Shown here in pieces: positions 39,873 through 64,000 of a DNA stretch of 64,000 nt. Below the pieces are notes generated by a model. That model worked only from the letters and a program-made list of their open reading frames with translations, did no database searches and was not told where the DNA came from. The stretch lies in NCBI RefSeq assembly GCF_964204645.1, contig NC_134030.1, positions 167,255-231,254 of the forward strand, read 5' to 3'. Every line of letters begins with the position of its first letter. Position 1 is the first letter of the stretch. The translations under genes and the position numbers were made by a program. The DNA comes from Tubulanus polymorphus (lineage: Eukaryota; Animalia; Nemertea).

Positions 39873-41894
39873 TTATTGTTGAGGTATCTCCACGACAACC
39901 GGTGAGTATTCGTCCGGCTCAGCGGTAAAATCCCAGTTGAATTTACGCGTTAAATGTTGCCGGAATCGTCGACCTTTCGATCGTAAACCGGAATCGATCT
40001 CTAAATCGGATTCCTCCAGATTCGTGAACAGCGTCGTTAACGTGGTCGTTAGGAAGTTGTCACGGGAAACAATATCGACGAAGAAATCGTCGGGAATTTT
40101 CTGCACTTGGAAATATAACGCGTTGATGAATCTCTCGTAAAGTTCGGGGAATTCCACGAGCGCCGCCTCGCACGTACACAACAATCTAACGAGACGTTTC
40201 CATTGGTCGAACGCGTCGTAAACCTGACCAATCAGAAAACACACGAACGAAAACTGAATTTCGCCGAGTATATCGTCATGACGACCGTTATACTGTTGAG
40301 TTATTAAATAGCGGAGAGTATACGTTAAATCCATGTTGTATTTTGATAGTTGCGACGGTGTAGAGGATTCTGGGTAACGCACTCTACAATCGGTAAAATT
40401 GATCACATGATTCGGGTTTAATTTCATCTGCGGCAGACACGCGTCATCTGTTGCTAGGTTACGGGTGTTATCCGATGCTTGGTTACCGCTGCTCGTACCC
40501 GCTGCTGCTTCTGCTGCTTTTTCTAAAAAATATAAACAATTTATTAGTGAATAAAGACACAACTGTACCAGGTACATAAACAAGTGTTACAGCAGAATCT
40601 ACTGAATAGTTGACTAGTAAATTCTATTGTATGGGGAGGGAGGGATGAGTGGGGAGGGAGGGGAGTAGGGGGAGGGGGTACAAACTTCTCTCTGCACCTC
40701 AGGGCTGGGGAGGGATGAGTGGAGGGAGGAGGGGTACAAACCTCTCTCTGCACCTCAGGGCTGGGGAGGGAGAGATGAGTGGGGGAGGGAGGGAGGGAGG
40801 GAAAGAGGGAGGAGGGGGTACAAACCTCTCTCTGCAGCTCTACTCTGCGTTGTACTGGATTCAGATTCAAATTCTGTGACTGATGAAATTTTCTGACTCT
40901 TTGGTTGTAAACGGTTTAGTAATTCTACTGACAGATGATTGGTTAAAGACACCCAGATCTTATAGCTGTAAAACATAATCTAAACAAACGAATGAGAGAG
41001 AAGGAATCTCATCAGAGGAATCTCAGAGGGAGAATCGGGAATCTACTCACGTTTCATACGGATACGCTCCTAAAAACGGATCCAAATCTCTTTTATTCAA
41101 ACGAAATCTTTCTATTTGTTCATCACTGATTGAATCATCATCTTTAATATCTATCAAATAAATCACAAATATCAGATATATCACATCTACAGCGCCGAGA
41201 ATATCCCAATATCAGATATATCACATCTACAGCGGCGAGAATATCCCAATATCAGATATATCACATCTACAGCGGCCAGAGAATATCACAATATCAGATA
41301 TATCACATCTACAGCGGCCAGAGAATATCACAATATCAGATATATCACATCTACAGCGCCGAGAATATCCCAATACCAGATATATCACATCTACAGCGGC
41401 CAGAGAATATCACAATATCAGATATATCACATCTACAGTGCGAGAATATCACAATATCAGATATATCACATCTACAGCAGCTAGAGAAAATCAATCAGAG
41501 CTTCGAAGAGAGATAATCAAACCCTGACAATATCTCAAAGTGATATTTTACCTTCTGTTCGTTCGTCCCATTTTCTCACTAATATTTCTCTGTGTTTGAA
41601 ATGATAAAAGAATCCCGTTCGAGGAGCTGTTTGAACTTCTTTACTACGAGCACTAAAACAATTACAAAAATACAACAATTACATCTCCGCATCGATCTCC
41701 ACGGAAACAGTCACTGCAGCGTAATACCTGTAATATATAAAATGAATTCCCGGTGGAATCATTTTGACTCCTTTAAATTTAGGGCCGATTGTCCACGAGT
41801 TATAATCGATACCGAACTCGAGCCCGGGCGGAACGTCCAACAATATAAACGTAGCTCCTTCTTCAAATAATACTTTCGCCATTTCATTATCCAT
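39873..41894 (-). CDS. AAR2: AAR2, U5 snRNP assembly factor, 385 aa; exons 41894-41728, 41652-41552, 41150-41051, 40965-40826, 40522-39873
   Basis: Motifs [96 protein letters not shown]; phase-consistent GT-AG introns. Confidence 0.95.
41168..41482. repeat. 38-40-bp minisatellite in AAR2 intron 2
   Basis: (aatatcagatatatcacatctacagcggcgagaatatccc) x ~8. Confidence 0.93.
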
Positions 41895-42670
41895 ATCTAC
41901 AACTTCTGAGGGGTGAGAAAATCTGACTGGTCTGAGGGGTGAGAAAATACAAACATAGAGAATTTACTCAATTTATAATAAATAAGAGGTAAAATGTCGG
42001 AAAAGTTCGAATGCACTGAAAATAAAACCTAACTCTTTGTTATATCGGGTTTTACAACCAAACACTGTCCGTGTCTCCGATTGTTTGAGGTTTTATTAGA
42101 CGTCTGGTAAACGAATTTAAAAATGGCTGGTGTTATCCGACTGCAGCGGTTTTGTTTGATAAATAGTATATTACTCGGGTGGAATCTGTTTCTCATGCAG
42201 CAGAGTCATTCAAATACAAATACAAATAATCTTTATTGAGCTTTAGTAATTCAAAATAACAATCATGATAAGATAAAAACCCACTATCTACTGATTTTAA
42301 TCTGTAGATAGTAGGTTTTTATCTTATAATCCATTCACCACGTTTGAGTGTGGTTATCGTTCAACCATCATGAATTACGGGATTCGAGCCCAGTATCAAA
42401 GGTCCCGGCTGTAGCATGTGATTCATACGCGCACCGAACAACTGCGCCTAACTTAATGTGACTACGCTTACGAAGTGAGTGCGTTAACTGTTTGACGACA
42501 AATTTGTATATTAAACAGCAAAACATGATTAAATCAATATTTCATTGAAACTGAAGCAAATCCAACCTCCAGCCTTCCGCCAAGACTCTTAGCCTCGAGG
42601 TGTCAACGAGGCACGTGGTCCGACTGCGCCGGAGGAGATGGACGGAGGACGGAGGCTCACTCAATGAAAC

Positions 42671-58109
<15,439 letters not shown>

Positions 58110-59718
58110 AAACCGCGATAACTGACAACATTATTGCGCCAACTGTTGCGTAGAAACCACAAACCGGCGAAATTGTCAAGATTTATCAAGTTTTGAAATC
58201 ACAAAATTTGTTATCGTTCTTATTTTCATAATTGTACGTTAAATACTTATAGTTGAGATTTGTTTGAATTCTTTGAGATACATAAAACATTAAATTGTGT
58301 TTTTTCTTCTTGGAACGCTGCCAACAACTCTTCAGGTGACACGTGACATATGAGTACATACGAACAACAAGGAAAGATAGTTTTATGAGTAGATTTTGAA
58401 TAATTTTATTGATGATTTGATTAATATTAATATCAATATTAATAATAATGAAGATAGGAGGTAATTATGTTGCAGAGGAAGCTGAAAATTCGGTGCTGTT
58501 TCCATCGACCAATCGGATGTGCGATTTCAGAAATGTACGTCACTGATTGGACAACAGCTTTCAATACGTAATCATCACAAAATATCTTAATTAATCATAA
58601 TTAATTATAATTAATTATAGTTGATTATATAAAGCACAGATGAAGCCTTTATATAGAATACACACACATACACTATATACAAAAATATAAATATCATACT
58701 ATACAACATATAGTCTGTTTTAAAAACTCGTGACCTACAATATCTGTAAACAATCGCTTTAATTATACATATATATATATAGACAATCGGTTTTAAATTA
58801 TTGATTATAATTCATCCTAGTGACTACTGTGTTATCGTGACACTGGCGATAGTGGCGCCCCCTAGTGATTTACCCCTTGTCTAATGAAAATATATCCTAT
58901 GCGCATCCATTTCTAAACTATTCATAACATTGATTGTCTCTGTTCATTCCGCTAGGTGGCGCGCAGTGTAACACACGTGACGAGGAGATCAGATTAAATT
59001 ACAACAATCGATCGATAGATTAGAGAGTATTATTGCAGTTTAATTACCGAGTAATAAATACGACAATAAATAAACACGTGACCTTTCTCGTATATCCCTT
59101 TTATGATAATCATCGATTTAAAATATTTATCATCGTTATTTAATGAACCAGTAACCCTGGTAATGGTTTATAGATATTTCTCTCTTATTGTTGACCTTGA
59201 CACTTTTACAAAGTATTATCGCATTCTTTAATAATAATTATATATAATATATATTTATATAAGTTTGAATATATATATTTTTTGAAAATGTTCAGATAAC
59301 GATTATTTCTATTTAAGCGATGTGATTCTATTTGATGATTGCGCGCTTCGATTACGTGTTTATAGTCTGCGTATTATACACAGACTAAGCAACAACACTA
59401 AAAACTGGCCGCTGTTGACTGGTTCCCGTTGTGATTGTGTAACCAGTCCAATAAGAGATTCGCGATGATGATTTCATCAGTTTCAAATCAGTCCGCACAA
59501 AGTCACGTGATTAGAGATTCTTACCGTTCTATAAGCGGTGCCCCGATGAATAAAACCTCTCTATCACCATCGAGATTAAATATAGTTTATCTTTTTCTAC
59601 TATTGGAATAAATGCAGTTTTTTTATTTGTATTTTAGTACGAGGACTGAGAGTTTCTCCTCACGTCCAGGGTCCTCACGAACACTCGTAGCATCATTCAG
59701 CGCCATCTAGCGTTCATT

Positions 59719-62700
59719 TCACACACTAAATAACATGTGATCTGGCAAAACGTACGGCGCGATTCGTATCAGGAAACGTGCGTACCAGTGAACCCCTGTT
59801 GCACTAGCAGTGGTCTGCTCCGGAGAGGAACAGCAGCCGGAGCGGGACGGGCCACTCCGGGATGGGAGTGGCTCCGGCGGCGTTAAATATCTGTGTTTTA
59901 GAAACTCAAACCAGCGGAACGGCGAATAAACAACGTGCGCAACAATATCACTGTTAACAACAGCGTAACATGACGTCATAACGTCATCTACGATTATAGT
60001 GCCCTCTTCAGTCAGTGGTGCGAACCAACCTTTACGCGTAGTGATCGTCATACGCGCTACTTTAGACGCGTAAACACGCGATCCTTCCACAAGGAGTAAT
60101 GCGTCCCCGATTTGAACGTCTTTAGCGAATATGGCTCGCTGATTGGTTAATATTGCACTCGGTGAACTCGTGAACTTATCCGTTACGTAAATAAGGTGAC
60201 TGGAGGTCAAGGTTACCGTGATGTTAGCCTCGGTGTGAAGGTTGTAGAATGCTGCGGTTTTGTTGGGATCTCGATCGATGAATAGAATGACTGTAGTGTA
60301 TTTAAGACTGCCATCCGCCGAGACTGTGAGAACTCTATCTCCGACCTGCGTTTCGGATAAACGTTTGCGTTTTCCATCGTCGGTCGTGACGTAGCTACTT
60401 CCGGGAAAACACCCGCCAAATCCCATCGCTGCAGACGACTCTACAAACATCAATCACAACCAATTTATTAATTATATAGATAGAAATAAACGCCGGACAG
60501 GGAGATAGAGGGGGAGAGGGAGAGGGAGAGGGAGAGGGGGAGGGGGAGGGAGGAGAGGGGGAGGGAGAGGGAGAGGGAGGGAGAGGGAGAGGGAGAGGGA
60601 GAGGGAGAGGGAGAGGGAGAGGGAGAGGGAGAGGGAGAGGGAGAGGGAGAGGGAGAGGGGGAGGGGGAGGGAGGAGAGGGGGAGGGAGGAGAGGGGGAGG
60701 GAGAGGGAGAGGGAGGGAGAGGGAGAGGGAGAGGGAGAGGGAGAGGGAGAAGGGGAGAGGGAGAAGGGGAGAGGGAGAAGGGGAGAGGGAGAGTGGAGAG
60801 GGAGGGAGGGGGAGGAGGGGAGGGGAAAGGGAGGGAGAGAAGAGAGAAGAGAGGGGAGGGGGAGGGAGGAGGGGAGGGGAGGGGGAGGGAGAGGAGAGAG
60901 GGAGAAGAGAAGGAGAGGGAGAGGGAGAGGGAGAGAGGGAGAAGGAGAGGGAGGGAGGGGGAGGGAGGAGGGAAGGGGGAGGGGAGGGAGAGGGTGAGGG
61001 AGAGAGGGAGAGAGAGAGGGAGGGAGGGGAGGGAGGAGGGGAGGGGAGGGGAGGGAGAGGGAGAAGAGAGAGGGAGAGAGAGAGGGAGAGGGAGAGGGAG
61101 AGGGGGAGGGGGAGGGAGGAGAGGGAGAGTGGAGAGGGAGGGAGGGGGAGGAGGGGAGGGGGAGGGGAGGGGAGAGGGAGGGAGAGAAGAGAGAAGAGAG
61201 GGGAGGGGGAGGGAGGAGGGGAGGGGGAGGGAGGAGGGGAGGGGGAGGGAGAGGGAGAAGGAGAGGGAGAGGGAGAGGGAGAGAGGGAGAAGGAGAGGGA
61301 GGGAGGGGGAGGGAGGAGGGGAGGGGAGGGGGAGGGAGAGGGAGAGAGAGAGGGAGGGAGGGGGAGGGAGGAGGGGAGGGGGAGGGAGAGGGAGAAGAGA
61401 GAGGGAGAGGGAGAGGGAGAGGGAGAGGGAGAGGGAGAGGGAGAAGAGAAGGAGATGGAGAGGGAGAGGGAGAGGGAGAGGGAGAGGGAGAGGGAGAGGG
61501 AGAGGGAGAGGGAGAGGGAGAGGGAGAAGAGAAGGAGATGGAGGGGGTAGCGTTGGAGGGAATTGACCCAATAAGGAGGACACGACACACATTAAATCAA
61601 TAAGTAAAAATTGTTGGCAGTTTGAACAAAGGATTTGTCAGTGAGCACTTGATATTCATATCTACACAGAAACCCTCGAGACCGCGACAGAAATAAATGG
61701 CTTATTCATTTTTATACATCGGTCATTTCTAGTTACACACGACATATATTCTGTGAATTACTTTCTTAGTCAACATGTTTCATAAAAAACAGATCTCACT
61801 GTTTTTAACGGTTGCTAATTCAACTGTCTGTCGTAGGCCAATAACTTCTAAAGTGTAAAGTGTAAGAAATCATGTCTTTTTATTTCAATTCACGAGAAAT
61901 GAATTTAGTTTTTAATCTATTAAATTTGAACGTTGTGAGTTTTAACCTTATAATCTATTCTCCAAATCAGAGTGCACGGGGATAGATACTAATAAACCGA
62001 CAGTTCCAGAAGGGTGAGATGAGGGTATTCCAGAGTCGCCAAGGAGGGGTGGGGAGGGGGGCATTCCAGAGTCGCCAAGGAGGGGTGGGGAGGGGGGCAT
62101 TCCAGAGTCGCCAAGGAGGGGTGGGGAGGGGGGGCATTCCCCACCCCAAGTAGGGGTGGGGAGGCGGGCATTCCAGAGTCGCCAAGGAGGGGTGGGGAGG
62201 GGAGGGGGCATTCCAGAGTCACCAAGGAGGGGTGGGGAGGGGAGGGGGGCATTCCAGAGTCGCCAAGGAGGGGCGGGGAGGGGGGCATTCCAGAGTCACC
62301 AAGGAGGGGTGGGGAGGGGAGGGGGGCATTCCAGAGTCGCCAAGGAGGGGTGGGGGAGGCGGGCATTCCAGAGTCGCCAAGGAGGGGTGGGGAGGGGAGG
62401 GGGCATTCCAGAGTCACCAAGGAGGGGTGGGGAGGGGAGGGGAGGGGAGAGGAGGGGAGGAAGGCATTCCAGAGTCACCAAGGAGGGGTGGGGAGGGGAG
62501 GGGGGCATTCCAGAGTCGCCAAGGAGGGGCGGGGAGGGGGGCATTCCAGAGTCGCCAAGGAGGGGTGGGGGAGGGTGGGGGGCATTCCAGAGTCGCCAAG
62601 GAGGGGTGGGGGACATTTGTCGACCTAAAGTTTCCTTTACGTTTCTTCAACTTATAGTGGATATTGACTGGCGCGCGTGCGCATGCGTGGTGATGTAATT

Positions 62701-63456
62701 CTATGAATCAGGTCTCGGAGACCTTTAACTGCGGTCATTAATGAATTCCTGGAAACTATTAAACACAGTTTTATCTAGTTTGATTTCGGCTCAATTCGTT
62801 TCATGTGTTTTTACTTTATCTTATCGTCTGTCAATATCGTATATATTTAACAGTCGTACTATTATTGATATTACTATTATTATTATTATTATTATTGCAC
62901 TGTTTGATTCGAACCCGGCACCTCGCATTGATTTTAATTGCTAAATTTTACAGAACTTTTAACCCGTCAATTAGAACCGTGGAACTAGGTCCAGTTACTG
63001 TGGAACTCACTACAGAAATGTGGAACTGACTACAGAAATGTGGAACTGACTACAGAAATGTGGAACTGACTACAGAAATGTGGAACTGACCGCAAAACTG
63101 TGGAACTGGATACAGAAATGTGGAACTGAGCACAAAACTGTGGAACTGGATATAAAACTGTGGAACTGGATACACAACTGTGGAACTGACTCACCTGATT
63201 TGACTGAACAGTGTATGTGCCCCCTTTGCTCATAGTAAACCCAATCGAATCCGGCCTCGACGGCCAGACGAGCTAACATGCCGTACTTAGCGCGGTCTCT
63301 ATCACTGGTAGTAATATCAACAGCGCGTCCCTCGTAGTGTAATGAGTCACTAGCGTGATGACCGTTCTCATCCCAGGCTTCAGTGACGCGTAGCTTCACT
63401 CCAGGCCATTGATTCATTACTGCTATCGCTAACGAATTCAACTTATCTTTACATCT
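59719..63456 (-). CDS. hh: Hedgehog, exons 2 (63456-63195) and 3 (60440-59719); exon 1 lies beyond the window
   Basis: [32 protein letters not shown]...[39 protein letters not shown]. Autoprocessing G|CF, Hint motifs FIDRD, LTSSHL and APLT..GTI.VD..SCYA, sterol-recognition GVHWY. Confidence 0.98.
60499..61546. repeat. ~1.05-kb polypurine tract, (GGAGAG)n-based, in hh intron 2
   Basis: Almost no pyrimidines on the plus strand. Confidence 0.97.
62022..62612. repeat. ~35-40-bp G-run-rich minisatellite (ggcattccagagtcgccaaggaggggtggggagggg)n
   Basis: About 15 visible copies. Confidence 0.95.
62975..63192. repeat. 20-bp minisatellite (tgtggaactg core) abutting the hh exon 2 donor
   Basis: About 11 copies; same core and period as 2447-4097. 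Confidence 0.9.
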
Positions 63457-63489
63457 CTGAAAAAATATAATATGAAAATACGTTAAACG

Positions 63490-63595
63490 AGTCCTGGACT
63501 CAGAAATCAGGCCTGGACTCAGAACTTAGGCCTGGACCCAGAACTTAGGCCTGGACCCAGAACTTAGGCCTGGACTCAGAACTTAGTCCTGACTA
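63490..63595. repeat. 19-bp minisatellite (ggcctggactcagaactta)n in hh intron 1
   Basis: About 5 visible copies. Confidence 0.9.
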
Positions 63596-64000
63596 AGCAG
63601 TCTCGAAACTTTAGATTTGTTCAAATCTAAAGTTAAGATTGAATCTTAGATTAAGAGATTTGGAAAGAGCGCAAAGAGTCACATAATTTATATAAGTCGT
63701 TCAAATCTTCAAACACAGCTAGAAATATAGTGATTCCTTCCCTTGCCCACCTCACCCCCTCCCCCTCCCTCACCCACCTCGCCCCTCCCTCACCCCCTGC
63801 CTCGCCCACCTCATCCCATCCCTGACCCACCTCGCCTCCTCCCTCGCCCCCTCCCTCGCCTCTCCCTGACCCACCTCACCTCTCCTTCCCAATCGAGCTG
63901 TGACTCACGTGATATCACGTGACGTCACACTAGCGTGTTAATCAATTAACCAATCAGAATTCCCGACGGGAGGTATTTATCCATTATAGGCTGTTCGTAA

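Noticed and set aside
59719-60411. Intein-like domain as a mobile intein
   Set aside because: It is the standard hedgehog Hint autoprocessing domain.
60395-62698. Pro/Ser/Leu- and Gly/Arg/Glu-rich ORFs
   Set aside because: Translations of intronic polypurine and G-rich repeats within hh intron 2.

Overview
Eukaryotic genomic DNA from an invertebrate animal, AT-rich with spliceosomal introns and very dense tandem repeats. Most ORF-track entries are repeat artefacts, so I built gene models by hand from splice sites and reading phase. Family assignments come from my recollection of the protein families, not from searches. Left to right: 3' end of a membrane-tethered mucin; a divergent six-exon PEX19-like gene ending in a CaaX box; BRI3 with an intronic array of CTCF-like motifs; tRNA-Ala(AGC); a ~21 kb array of a 161-bp satellite interrupted by three copies of a ~740-bp spacer; AAR2 (minus) head-to-head with SPO16/C1orf146 (plus, with a probable AT-AC U12 intron); and exons 2-3 of hedgehog (minus). 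The most notable part is the ~13.9-kb first intron of SPO16. It holds a tandemly duplicated cassette bounded by tRNA-Arg copies (tRNA-A1-B1-tRNA-A2-B2-pseudo-tRNA). The cassette carries four homologous 52-57 aa secreted precursors with a signal peptide, an acidic pro-region, a KR site and a C-terminal Cys-X5-Cys peptide (WCSAPGGCK, WCSAPGGCGC, CKATGGCGS x2). It also carries two Penelope-like insertions with GIY-YIG ORFs, target-site duplications and minimal hammerhead motifs.
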